DNA from: Eledone cirrhosa
Lineage: Eukaryota
Direction: 5' to 3'
Length of the DNA stretch: 64,000 bases
Assembly (NCBI GenBank): GCA_964016885.1
Contig: OZ024740.1
Coordinates: 271,808,001 to 271,872,000, forward strand
The notes under the pieces are model-generated. The model had not been told where the DNA came from, did no database searches, and was given only the letters and a program-made list of their open reading frames with translations. The position numbers and the translations under genes were made by a program. Below are positions 26,201 to 36,083 of the stretch, piece after piece. Every line of letters starts with the position of its first letter. The stretch's first letter is position 1.

Positions 26201-29200
26201 ACTTAAAAAATGGCTGTGCCTGTTCTGCATTCAGTTTCTTGACAGCATTGAAAAGCATCTGAACAATTGCCAACGCCAAAGAGTCGTTCCATCGACAGAG
26301 ACTAAAAATTAAATTGCATGTTTGCCGTACATTAATATGGTCTTTAATTTGATTGTAAAGGAATGGAAATCCTTTGCCACCAATGATGCTGTTATAGTCT
26401 TTTTCAGAGAGGCGTAACTGATTGTCTTCTCCTCGAGACCTCTCCACTAGCTGTGCAATCAGTGCTATCATTTTATCCAATGCCAGAGGTCTGTGCTTGT
26501 CTTCAGGCATTGCAATAACATCATCTTCTTCGTCGTCATCTGACAATATTTCAACGTAATTTTCTTGAGCTTTCTGACCCATATAGAAATTAACAATTGC
26601 TGATATAGCGTTGTTATTAATTAAGAAAAAACACTCTTCATCTCCCATTTTGGCAAATTCTAGAAGAAAACTGAAATATTCCGTTAGGTACTTGCTGTGA
26701 GGTCGAACACCTTGCTCAAGAATTGCTAACATACGTCTGATAAATTTGGTAGCACATGTCTGACCACTGAGGCTGTTGGATTTGGTTTGGTCATCATTTG
26801 GATTCCCTGAGGTTAAAAGGTCATACTGGGCACTTTTAAGTTGTGTAATCACATGAACTAATAACCTTTGGAACATCTGGCGCACCATTTGGTTAGGACA
26901 TTTAATTAATATCTGCTGAGGCCACCAATCACATTCTGCCATATGCTCCAGAAACCATTCACATGCAGCTTGGCAGGAATTAAACTGCTTTGTTAGAAGT
27001 TCAATCCACTGAAGCATAGTAGGTTTTTCTTTGGCATGAATATGTGTTTCTAAGACAAATGACGCACTCAACTGTGCAACCATCAGAGGCACTTTTCTTG
27101 GGTCATCTCGAGGTAATGTCGTCTGAATGTAACCACATAACTGTAGCATGAATCCAAAATAAGTGTGCTCGAATATATTTTTATCTTGTAGAAACTGCAT
27201 GTTGTCTTGCCATATCCAGTCAGCAAGTTCCTTTGACAAATCAAAGTTGAATTTTTGTGGTGGTTCTGATGCAGCATCAGATTCTTCATTAGGCACTTCT
27301 TTCTTCTTCGGAGAACACCGTTCATAAAATAACATATAGGCACTGTTGGTCTTCTCAAAAGAAAAATCCATGAATTTGTCAGTAACAGAATCATACGTTT
27401 TACTCGTCATTTCACCCCCGAAACACTCTGCGGCTATTTGGCTAGGATCAAATGGTTTCACTTCAGCATCATTAAATAGGTACCACTTGTCAAATCCAGT
27501 CTTAGATTGACTAATACGATCTCTGATGAAACTATAGTAGTGGCCTCCATCGGCAGTTCCCGTGTGCACAGTTACTCCAATCAGTTCATATTCATGACAA
27601 TCAGATTCATCTTTTGTGAACGTATCGTTCTTGTCATCTTCATCTTGTAATTTATCTGGTCCCATTAAGTTCACTTCCATGTACTGAGACATATCCAAGC
27701 GCAACGGAAAAGAAAAATGTGTATTTACTTTTTCTTTCATCATAGTGACCATATTGAAAGTGTATCGCATGGTATTAAAACACAAGATCTTGGGAAGTTT
27801 TCTGAAACATGCCCGCTTTTCAGCACGGACTTTCTTTTGACATTTCGAGCAAGTATACATATTGTCTCCTTCTAGCATATCTTTTACTGTAACTTCATCT
27901 AATGAGTCATATAGATTTTTCATGTCAGTAACTTGACAACGGACAGTATAAAACTCTTCAACTGTGCGACTAACATGTGGACAATCGAGAGAAACAACAT
28001 TATTAGTTAGTACACCTCCAAATAAACTTTTCACAAGTTTTTTCATATCTGCAGACATTTCTTCTAGTTTTGTTATTAAATCAGTAAAGAACTCAGTCAT
28101 ATCTTTTTGTTCTCCTGTATTTAGAGGTTGTTTGTCCATGGTGTATGTCTTGCAGAAGCTCTTTGGGTTATAGGCTTTTCTTTCACTTTCTTGAAGGTAA
28201 GCAAATATTTTTTGAAGTTCAATCAGTGTTGCTTCATGCTTTGTCTGGTCTGTGCATTTTGCTTGTAAAACTGACTGCCTCGCTTGTGGAATCATGTACA
28301 AATGCTGCATACAAGTAGCCATATAACATGTAGCTCCAAGGTTAGTCAAACCTACATAGCCACATTTTGATCTTCCATCTTCATGTGGCCAATAATCCCA
28401 TGGGTAGGGAACATGTGAGTCTTTACTATGCTGCTTCATCATTTTCTCATGTAGAATAGCATAGTTTTCAACACTACCCTTTACCATTTCTACTAGCAAG
28501 TCATAAGCAGCAGCTCGAGATGCTTGACTTTTACACTTGGGCAACTTTCTGTTTACTGGTGATGGCAATGCAAAGAGACACCAAAAGATGTCTTCCAGAA
28601 ATACTCTACCATTTTCAGATGTTTTGAATGGGGGTTCATGTTTTAAAATAGCAGTACAAAGATTTAAAAGACCAATCAGGGCATCATCCTCCTCATAGCC
28701 ATTCCTGGTTTCATAAAAAGAGCGAGAGATTATATGATTAGCAATTTCTTTACATAACATGTCTAAATTCACAAGACTGTCAGATTTAGTATTTGCATCT
28801 TCTTTTGAAATATTATCAACAAATCTGCATACCAACCAGAAGTAGTCACGGCATCCAGGACCGTATGTCTCTTTCTTTTCCTCTTGTAGGTAGGCATCAT
28901 TTACTCGAGGTTTTATTAATAAAGCTTCTGGCAGAAATGACAGCATACTAGACAATATGGGTAACAGAAATGCATAACCATTTCTGTTTTCGGAAGTCTT
29001 TCCCAAGCATAATTGATAAAGTCCTGTACAAACTTCTTTGCGGACACAGGGTTCTGGAGCTTCCAGTGTTAATCTTTTCAACCAAGAATTAAAATTTGGA
29101 GATGAACAAAATGCATCCTTTAGTTCTTCACATGAATATGCCCAAGATACGAGAAAATTTAAAGCATAATGAACAACTTCCGACCTCCCCCAAGTTCCTG

Positions 29201-32200
29201 TATTGCATAAATTGTTTTCTATTGGTATAGCAGCATCAAACAAAATTTGCATGATGATTTGTAAGTCTGTATTGACATTCAGCATTGACAGAATAGTTTG
29301 GTTGAGACGAGGTACAACAATTTTATCACAATTACTTTTTTGACGTTTCATTTTCTTACGGGGTAATTCATAATTTTCAAAAAGGTCATCATGGCCTGCT
29401 TCGGCATCTGACCTCTCCACAGAAAACTGACTTATTAGACGTAGTAAATAAGCCAAGCATTCTTGATTCCACTGGTTCCAAGTTTCATCTGCTTTAGCTT
29501 GCAGTGTGCTTGATTTAAATATATCAACTAAATGGCTGAGTCCTCCTTTTGAAATGAACTGTTTGGTCCAGACTTCTTCAGGAACTTCTGGACCTTCCAT
29601 AACTTGATCGCTCTCGGCATCCCCTCCACCTCCAGATCGAGAAATTGATTTTTTTTTACTTTTAGGATTTTTCGACAATGCTTCAACAATCTGTAAGGAA
29701 TACATTAAACGGTGCGGTCTCTGTGGGTCTAGCAGACGATTCCAGTCAATAGGCTCTTCAGATGGAGTCTCTTCTTTGTAGGGAGTGGATGGCATAATAC
29801 TTCGGAAGCCGTATAACATCTCAGGACTTGTTGGTAATAACATCAATAATTCCCACACTCGGCGAGAAAATATTTTTGCTTTACTTTGTAAATTCCATCT
29901 TTCTTTACTTTCTAAATCAGCCGTTGAAAAGCTAAGGTTACTAAGTTGCTCCAGCAAAGTAAGAAGACGCTCAAAGCTAGGCTCTTGCAGAAGAATCATC
30001 ATGGGTAGCTGTTCAGGACTAGGAGATGGCAGGCATGACGATGGTAATGTTCCATCCATCTTTCTCTGGGGTCTACTTGCACCCACAGAAACAAAAACAA
30101 GTTGCAAATCCTTAAACTGCATTTCACTTAAAGTTTTCTCATCATTGTCTACAGTAAGCTCCTGCCCAAGAGTAATCATCCGTATTGGCCCATCTCCTAG
30201 CATAGCGCCAAGTATAGGAGACAACATCGAATTACCATGGTTACTAGAGGACTGTTGACGTTGAAGTTGTTGCTGTTTCTGGAGAGCTTCCCACCAACGA
30301 GCAACTTCAGCACGTAATTCTGCAATGAGATCAGTAGACAACATGTCTAAGGGAGTCTTTTCAGAGATACCAGCTGGTTGTAAGAGAATTCGGATTGGGC
30401 TTGACTGTTTCTCATGAACATTACATTGGTGACTCACAATACCATGGCCATCAATTTGCCAGTTTCTGAGGTGATAAGCATATCTTTTTCGAAAACCTTC
30501 CAAGTGATTTTTTAACAAAATCAAACCTCTTTGAATAACAAGAAGATTCATGTCGGGATTTTCTTCAACTTTCTGAGAGGCAGTTAAAAGACTGTCCATG
30601 CATCGACGAATAAATTCATCTTCTTTTTCTAAAAGTCCATTTCCATAATTGATGTAATAGTTGTTCAAGAACTGGATGGCTGTGATACTGACATCTGTAT
30701 TCAAAGCCCGTAGAGCAATTTGCCACAGCTGGTCCATGCCGCACACTTGGTCCTCAGACAATTGATTATCTATAGAAGCATTTGCAATTCTTGCCAAGTG
30801 TGATAACTGTTGGAAAAGATTCAAACCAATCATACTCATTGATTCAGGTTTAAGCTGAGGCATTTTCTCAAGAAATATGTGCTTGAATGTTTCCAAACAC
30901 ATGGCATGGTGATGCTCTTTGCTCTTGGCTTGATTAAGAAACCAGCTCAAGCATTCATCAGAACATTCTGGATCTAAAGCAAGACAAGCCCACAAAGTAT
31001 CCACTTGTTCTTGACTAAGACGGAAACTATCTGGTGATCCTGGAGCACTGAACACACCAGTTAAAAATAGAAGCCTCACTTTAATTTGTTCTTTGTGACT
31101 GTAAAGGGATGTACTTTTCTGCAGATCACATTTTCGGCTCTCAGTGTAGTGGATGAGATCGCTAAAAAAATGAGACATCATGTTCAGTTCTTTTTCTGCC
31201 CACATAGTCACAGCATGATTGTCAGAACCACTCCGGTACTGTTGAAAAGAGCTAAAGATTTTGGGCAGAAGACGCAGAGATACCACTACAGACCGGTGCG
31301 CAGCCACATTTTCAATGCATGCTTCAATGAACTTGATTTTAATGCGCCTATCTGTTGAAAAGCACACTAAAGTGTAAAGAGCTTTCTCTGCTTCAACAAC
31401 CAAGCCATCAGGTAGCAAACATGCCATGTCATCTTGCACAAGATCCCAGAGAAGTGTGTTCCCTTTCTTGCAGACATCATCAAATGTAAAATCAGTACAA
31501 GATGAAACAGAAAGTTCTTTCTGAGATGGTCTTGGATGAATGACATGAGGCATGTGGGTATGATACATTGATGCCATACTGGCGAGATGTTGTTGCATTT
31601 GGTGTGTATTGAAATGAGGATGTGCATTGATCTGAGCTAATTCCTCATCACTGAGAACTTCTTCCCCATCAAAATCTGCCATGTTTTTTTCTGATTTCGT
31701 ACTCATTCTAGAACTGTGGCAGCTACCTTCAGGACTCAATATGTCCTCAATATAGTCACTCTGGATATGTCCATGTGGGTGAGCTTGCATATGTTGGATA
31801 TAATTAGCACAGTCAAACATTTCGGCTTCATCAGCACGGTTCTCAAACTCCTGAGCAGATTGGGAGGAAGCCACACCTTGAATACTGCTGTCAGCACTGT
31901 CGTGGTTGGCTAATGTGGACGGTCTGGCTTCAGAATCATGAGAATCTCGTGAATCCTGCGACAAGTTACCAGGATCTGAAATAGCCATTTTTTTTTCACT
32001 GTCTCCACCAACTTCCAAGTCTTTACAGTGACCAGTAATACCATCACTATCACCACGAGCTTCAAGAGAAACCGAACCAGGATGCAAGCTTTGTTGAATT
32101 CTGTTCTGATTTTCTGACCTCTGTAACCCTGTCCGTATACGATAGCCTTTCTTACCTTGTCGCCGAAGAACAAGACAAGCAGGTTGTTTAAGAAGTCCTT

Positions 32201-34550
32201 GCTGTTGGAGCTGTATATGATGTTCTTGCAGTGCATGTTGAGTCTCGTAACGAAGTTTTGTCTCGTGCATTAGCTTTGCTCTTCTAGATTCATTAGCATC
32301 AAAATCTGAGCTGTCCTCACTCTCACCATGACAAGAATGTTTCATATGTACCATTTTAGTATGCTTTAGAATGTCATCATCAGATTCTTCATATTCTGAT
32401 TCCATTTCTTCCTCTTCCTCTTCTTCTACTTCTTCCTCCTCCTCCTCTTCTTCTTCTTCCTCCTCCTCTTCTTCTTCTTCCTCTTCTTCATCATCATCAT
32501 CTTCATCAGAACATGTACCTTGCTCTGTATCACGGTAAGCTTGAGCATTTCGGTTTCTCTGGGGTCTTGGTTGACATTTTAATGGTACTGGCTGTCTTTT
32601 GACACCCCGACGTTTTTGCATTCCATGTTTCAGTGAAGTGCATATTTGACCTTCTCCAGCACTAGAACCACTGCACTCTACATCACTTTCACTACCACTA
32701 CTGCCACCTCCCACCTGGTTAGGGGCCACAAACTCTTGGCCAAGGCCAGTAAGCTGCCGATGAGTACCTTCATCCATGTCACTTTCATCACTGTTGTCGC
32801 TGTTAGCCGAAAACTGCTCAGAGCTTTTCTGCTGTTTCTCAGAACAGTCATCATGCTTTTTGGAATGAGAAATCTGATGTCGTGTTGAGCCAGGTTTATT
32901 CTCAGCCTTGCTCAACTCCTTTTGATCATCCTCTGATGGTAACTCCTCATTTTTGTTATCAACCATTCCAATTCTTTTGTTGCTGTCCATCTCAGGGACT
33001 TTGTCTGTTTCCCCCTCAGAAAGTTGTAGGCTTTCACTGCTACTCATTTCAGGCTTGCTTGATTTACCATGCTCCAATTCCTCTTCTTCTTGTTCAATAG
33101 CAGCCACAATGCTCTGTGGCTGGTCAGCTGGTTGTTGTTGTTGGTGATGGACGGCAGCATTATGGCTCTGTGATGTAACACAAGTACTCCAGATGCACTT
33201 GAGGAGTGCAGATGCTAAGTATAAAGTAGATTCTGTGTGTGCAGAGGGATCAAGAGCAGATACTAAGTTAGATAAATGCTGAACCAATTGTAGTTCTAAA
33301 TTTTTTATAAGTGGAATCAATATATCATAAACTTGCTTACTGCAATGTTTCATCTGACTGGCAGTCCATATACAGTCGATATGTTCATTCGTGATTTTTC
33401 CTTCAACGGCAAGAAAATTTAAAATAATCTGGCTCTGTTTAATGATTTCCACATGCAAGTTTGGACCAAAAATATGCTCAATAATCTTATTTTCTAAAAG
33501 CCATTTAGCTAAATGATTTCCTACATTTTCTGCATCTACTAAAGTATCATTATTGCAGCATTCATTATACAAATCAATCTGACGGTTAATCTGAGCTATA
33601 CCCGCCAGTCGAATTGTTAGAGTTGAACAAGTAAAATATTTAAAGGCTAAATCCAAACCTTCTTTGTCATACGTAAAATGAGTATCCAATGGTTCTTTTA
33701 CAGCTGCCCACATGAGGTCTGTCATGTTCCGGGTGCCGGCCATTCGTAGGTCTTTATCGGATAATTTACACATATAACGAATAACAGCAGTTCGTAATGG
33801 CACAATACATTGCATCACAGTAGCGATATTCATCCAAAGACGAAGATTTGCGATAATATTGATGAGAGTATGAGCCACTGTGAATGGGAGCGTGTCCGGT
33901 GTAGCTTTTTCGAAGCATTGTTGCAGTGCCTGGACACCGTTACTATCACAGAAAAAACAAACATTGCGCAAGAGATACAGAGGAACTTCAGAATCGGAGA
34001 TTTCACAATAATTATTCAAAGCTCGAGTTTCCTGCTGAGACAGTTCTTCTAGAGATGAATGAACGACATGTTTGTAAGCCACATACGAGGGGAAGTTCAT
34101 GAGAAAGACTTTCGTAACTACCTGAAGTAATTGGTCTTTTTCTTCCATGGCCCAAACTTCGGATTCATCGAGTTCTTCTGCATCATTTTTTTCCGTTTCT
34201 TCCGATGACAAGCCATCAATTGATGATTTGTTCTTGTCAGAAATATCAGAAACAGCATCTTCGGAACAATGATCACGCTTTTCTTGTTTTTCTTTTTCCT
34301 TAGCGTAGTCATCAGGCAGAGTCTGAATGTGCCTAATCGCAACAGTCAACACGATTTGAACAATATTGTTCAATCGTTCAAAGTTCTTAAATTCTTTGTA
34401 GCAGCACATACATTGCTTCTGAGGCCATATATTTACGTATTGAATCACAGACAGAATCTCATTCTTTCCCAGACGAAGACCACCACCGCTGTGAAGCCGC
34501 TCATCGTGGCTATCGAATAAGGACAACAGGCCAGAGCATACATCACACAT
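23274..34550 (-). CDS. USP34: Ubiquitin carboxyl-terminal hydrolase 34, single coding exon, 3758 aa
   Basis: Starts MCDVCSGLL..GGGLRL..INIWPQKQCMCCYKEFK-like, resembling the USP34 N-terminus. Cys box GLTNLGATCYM, His box VHTGTADGGHYYSFIRD, WYLFND, and conserved C-terminal blocks (NIAFNYILADH). No stop or intron over 11,277 nt. The ORF-track start at 34571 is a TTG; the first ATG is at 34550. Confidence 0.96.
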   Translation of the reverse strand: MCDVCSGLLSLFDSHDERLHSGGGLRLGKNEILSVIQYVNIWPQKQCMCCYKEFKNFERLNNIVQIVLTVAIRHIQTLPDDYAKEKEKQEKRDHCSEDAVSDISDKNKSSIDGLSSEETEKNDAEELDESEVWAMEEKDQLLQVVTKVFLMNFPSYVAYKHVVHSSLEELSQQETRALNNYCEISDSEVPLYLLRNVCFFCDSNGVQALQQCFEKATPDTLPFTVAHTLINIIANLRLWMNIATVMQCIVPLRTAVIRYMCKLSDKDLRMAGTRNMTDLMWAAVKEPLDTHFTYDKEGLDLAFKYFTCSTLTIRLAGIAQINRQIDLYNECCNNDTLVDAENVGNHLAKWLLENKIIEHIFGPNLHVEIIKQSQIILNFLAVEGKITNEHIDCIWTASQMKHCSKQVYDILIPLIKNLELQLVQHLSNLVSALDPSAHTESTLYLASALLKCIWSTCVTSQSHNAAVHHQQQQPADQPQSIVAAIEQEEEELEHGKSSKPEMSSSESLQLSEGETDKVPEMDSNKRIGMVDNKNEELPSEDDQKELSKAENKPGSTRHQISHSKKHDDCSEKQQKSSEQFSANSDNSDESDMDEGTHRQLTGLGQEFVAPNQVGGGSSGSESDVECSGSSAGEGQICTSLKHGMQKRRGVKRQPVPLKCQPRPQRNRNAQAYRDTEQGTCSDEDDDDEEEEEEEEEEEEEEEEEEEEVEEEEEEEMESEYEESDDDILKHTKMVHMKHSCHGESEDSSDFDANESRRAKLMHETKLRYETQHALQEHHIQLQQQGLLKQPACLVLRRQGKKGYRIRTGLQRSENQNRIQQSLHPGSVSLEARGDSDGITGHCKDLEVGGDSEKKMAISDPGNLSQDSRDSHDSEARPSTLANHDSADSSIQGVASSQSAQEFENRADEAEMFDCANYIQHMQAHPHGHIQSDYIEDILSPEGSCHSSRMSTKSEKNMADFDGEEVLSDEELAQINAHPHFNTHQMQQHLASMASMYHTHMPHVIHPRPSQKELSVSSCTDFTFDDVCKKGNTLLWDLVQDDMACLLPDGLVVEAEKALYTLVCFSTDRRIKIKFIEACIENVAAHRSVVVSLRLLPKIFSSFQQYRSGSDNHAVTMWAEKELNMMSHFFSDLIHYTESRKCDLQKSTSLYSHKEQIKVRLLFLTGVFSAPGSPDSFRLSQEQVDTLWACLALDPECSDECLSWFLNQAKSKEHHHAMCLETFKHIFLEKMPQLKPESMSMIGLNLFQQLSHLARIANASIDNQLSEDQVCGMDQLWQIALRALNTDVSITAIQFLNNYYINYGNGLLEKEDEFIRRCMDSLLTASQKVEENPDMNLLVIQRGLILLKNHLEGFRKRYAYHLRNWQIDGHGIVSHQCNVHEKQSSPIRILLQPAGISEKTPLDMLSTDLIAELRAEVARWWEALQKQQQLQRQQSSSNHGNSMLSPILGAMLGDGPIRMITLGQELTVDNDEKTLSEMQFKDLQLVFVSVGASRPQRKMDGTLPSSCLPSPSPEQLPMMILLQEPSFERLLTLLEQLSNLSFSTADLESKERWNLQSKAKIFSRRVWELLMLLPTSPEMLYGFRSIMPSTPYKEETPSEEPIDWNRLLDPQRPHRLMYSLQIVEALSKNPKSKKKSISRSGGGGDAESDQVMEGPEVPEEVWTKQFISKGGLSHLVDIFKSSTLQAKADETWNQWNQECLAYLLRLISQFSVERSDAEAGHDDLFENYELPRKKMKRQKSNCDKIVVPRLNQTILSMLNVNTDLQIIMQILFDAAIPIENNLCNTGTWGRSEVVHYALNFLVSWAYSCEELKDAFCSSPNFNSWLKRLTLEAPEPCVRKEVCTGLYQLCLGKTSENRNGYAFLLPILSSMLSFLPEALLIKPRVNDAYLQEEKKETYGPGCRDYFWLVCRFVDNISKEDANTKSDSLVNLDMLCKEIANHIISRSFYETRNGYEEDDALIGLLNLCTAILKHEPPFKTSENGRVFLEDIFWCLFALPSPVNRKLPKCKSQASRAAAYDLLVEMVKGSVENYAILHEKMMKQHSKDSHVPYPWDYWPHEDGRSKCGYVGLTNLGATCYMATCMQHLYMIPQARQSVLQAKCTDQTKHEATLIELQKIFAYLQESERKAYNPKSFCKTYTMDKQPLNTGEQKDMTEFFTDLITKLEEMSADMKKLVKSLFGGVLTNNVVSLDCPHVSRTVEEFYTVRCQVTDMKNLYDSLDEVTVKDMLEGDNMYTCSKCQKKVRAEKRACFRKLPKILCFNTMRYTFNMVTMMKEKVNTHFSFPLRLDMSQYMEVNLMGPDKLQDEDDKNDTFTKDESDCHEYELIGVTVHTGTADGGHYYSFIRDRISQSKTGFDKWYLFNDAEVKPFDPSQIAAECFGGEMTSKTYDSVTDKFMDFSFEKTNSAYMLFYERCSPKKKEVPNEESDAASEPPQKFNFDLSKELADWIWQDNMQFLQDKNIFEHTYFGFMLQLCGYIQTTLPRDDPRKVPLMVAQLSASFVLETHIHAKEKPTMLQWIELLTKQFNSCQAACEWFLEHMAECDWWPQQILIKCPNQMVRQMFQRLLVHVITQLKSAQYDLLTSGNPNDDQTKSNSLSGQTCATKFIRRMLAILEQGVRPHSKYLTEYFSFLLEFAKMGDEECFFLINNNAISAIVNFYMGQKAQENYVEILSDDDEEDDVIAMPEDKHRPLALDKMIALIAQLVERSRGEDNQLRLSEKDYNSIIGGKGFPFLYNQIKDHINVRQTCNLIFSLCRWNDSLALAIVQMLFNAVKKLNAEQAQPFFKLMSLLVEFIGGPPGMPPFLQYILQRFWELTECCPHQCLEWLSNLVTRNKIANAWVLQQMDNWVEGYLIAHGNVRVRNAASFLLVSLVPSLNFRQAFRTARSILSPHKELLLSSDALAVLHQIYEHLLSLLSRARLYVDPQVHGTSKLVCYFAVVTYCLISKKEKLMFGRYFADLWQLFQPKLSEPQISMHHNKQAMLMFWYQVCLDCPENVKLIVTNTHVCKNIAFNYILADHDDQEVVMFNRCMLPAYYGLLRICCQQSRSFTRQLAQHQNILWAFKNISPYPAQYTAAVEELFKMMRVMSMKHQDSSEEELKAINNFRRTTIQMYLQHLDARSGWQTLINSFKILVDSTDDRLLIIYQQGLQMITEAFFTLHVMYHEATACHVTGDIVELLALLLPVLKVARHYLERKNPSTLHVKECIFNWNERAEFVRKLLTLLNSYTPPEIRQSCFEVLKEMVLTFQKDIIPTIVTILRDSHKAFQDTNLPVSVGPYFPRRGQKTICSKSNVRPPRPQFQMLLHSNQLEASRNVDDCYDAALSDFFTQYHLFIDLLCRVAVNQHNLTKDLINLSAMVAYEGVPLHSLYFAKLWNEIYHLEQFDKSCIKVLCNSYYFIEYVNAVLLDERMSLNSPIIYQFFCNFFPKVHQQVLNDQGQSLLDSLVASITAEKSATENVKTDQELFSICQRINGDLRAMLLIFSVQPPKQLSSLLTDSLQHIHRVCCDYQQRQRSENEDTSVAVSSTSVVSLSTTAITTTATTTNTTTAASSTVSTAVTVAPNSSKTSSSSPLSSPLPTSSAVTSSPTTSINPGINIDSSITTTETLTEVPVTAEKLTRSEHLNSSEADESMETPTKRQRFSNDPDEMETDNNAEEVSPSFQIASESSLSGTGGIGSGAGQSGSGRLSSEEGKETDTKCEQHSPNKETASATTSGTTTSTTTTTSTTSTAISGARSIHREKPNFLDTVIKHIEHLYGFLGLK

Positions 34551-34595
34551 TCTCGGAATCTTGGGAAACAACGCAAGGAATTCTTGCTGAATAAA

Positions 34596-34613
34596 TTATA
34601 AGCGACTCGGCAT
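34596..34613 (-). promoter_or_regulatory. Short upstream ORF (MPSRL*) in the putative USP34 5' leader
   Basis: ATG CCG AGT CGC TTA TAA, in frame with the main ORF and stopping 45 nt before its ATG. Confidence 0.45.
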
Positions 34614-34700
34614 GACAGAATCACAAAATCGAATCGAACGTGAGAAGAAGTTTTTGTTTTCCATACCTTCTTTTTTTTTTTTTTTCAAGCATTCAACAAT

Positions 34701-34710
34701 CCGCCATATT
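34701..34710 (-). promoter_or_regulatory. YY1-type motif near a putative USP34 transcription start
   Basis: ccgccatatt (minus strand AATATGGCGG), 150 nt upstream of the ATG. Confidence 0.45.
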
Positions 34711-35750
34711 TGTTTTTAGACGTTTTCTTTCACCGGGAAGAGAATTGGGAGATAAATTTAAACCAGAGTGACCTCCCTTGACAGAAACAAATTTTCTTCA
34801 ATTTCATTTGTGCAAAATTTGCTACAAACAACTTTATACAGTAACTTTCTTCCTCGCAGTATTTAGAGAAAATGGCAATGTTTTAAGCTTAATCCGATAA
34901 ACGTTGAGAAAGTAAACTAAAACTGTTACATCAGAACAAAAAACACAAACGGAAATTCGAATGTTTTTGTTTACCTCTGCTTCTCCTACCTCATATACTC
35001 AATTTAAAGTTTTTTTTTATCTCCGACAATAGAGATTTCACCCTCTGTTCTAAACCCCAACGTGTTTATTTCCCTTTTATTCTAATTTTATCATCGTTTT
35101 AATTTCTTTCATAGTAAGCACGATTTTAAGCCTATTGTCTTTATACTGACTTTTAGGTATTTCTAATAGTAACTCATTTTATCGATCACAAAGAAATGAA
35201 ATACAAAGAAAGTTATACTTGAACTAAATTTAGCATTTAGTCTAATGGCTGGCACTGCAATAAAATATTAATTATTAATACCATACTAATGTTATAGTTT
35301 TTTATTTATTTTGTCAACGTCTAAAATTCTCCGTAACAAAATACAATATATCGAACTCGAAAACTTTTTAGTGATTGTTTTTTTTTTATATTGTTTTAAA
35401 TAAAATAATTTTTAATCGATATATGGAAGACTATTTTTGGAATTATTTATAGGTTTAATAGCAGAAATTTAACATCAGAAATTTAACATCATCGTACTTT
35501 TGACGAATTTCAAGACACCAATAATTAAAAAAATTATTATGAATAAAAATGTTAGTATTAAGCAAAAGTTTTACAGAGGGAAGTAGAAGTATACATCGTT
35601 ATGGAAGTAACAAGAACCTTGTTAGAGACTTTGTAAAACTCAACGCAATTTAAAGCTTTATTATCATTCAGCTTTAGTTGTGAAAAGGAGGATGAAAATT
35701 TAAATAAATAAATGGAAAATAAAACTTTAAGAAATATGTTAGTGCCTTAC

Positions 35751-35813
35751 TTGTTGAGTACTGAAGTCAAATCCAAGAAATATTCGGTCGCTGCAAATGT
35801 TAGTGCTTGACAT
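35751..35813 (-). CDS. XYLB: Xylulose kinase exon 1 (MSSTNICSDRIFLGFDFSTQQ)
   Basis: ATG, the conserved LG.DFSTQQ motif, then a gtaagg donor. 63 nt, phase 0. Confidence 0.95.
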
Positions 35814-36064
35814 GATTGCAATGTCAAGGTTATAATTTGCTGTCAAGGCTTCGTAATATATCTTTTCAGCTCTGTTATCTCTGACGTTTTCATTCATATC
35901 TTTTTTCAAGAGTGTTGAATTTTTTTTTCTCTGTCAATTATTTCTTTTACTAATACAATTTATTGTACATTCCGAGAAGAATTTTGTAAATTTTATTTGA
36001 ATTTATTTTGGGGTTTCACAATTTTAAAAAACTTATCTTCGTATAATAGTTTGAATTGAAAATC

Positions 36065-36083
36065 TTTCGCGGGCCATTTTGAA
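36065..36083. promoter_or_regulatory. Clustered E2F-like, YY1-like and CHR-like motifs upstream of XYLB
   Basis: tttcgcgg-gccatttt-gaa, about 250 nt upstream of the ATG. Confidence 0.35.

Noticed and set aside
23539-34520. Antisense and alternative-frame ORFs overlapping USP34
   Set aside because: Expected shadows of a long coding sequence, with no recognisable domains.
34551-34571. ORF-track start MFPKIPR
   Set aside because: It uses a TTG start. Homology to USP34 begins at the ATG at 34550.
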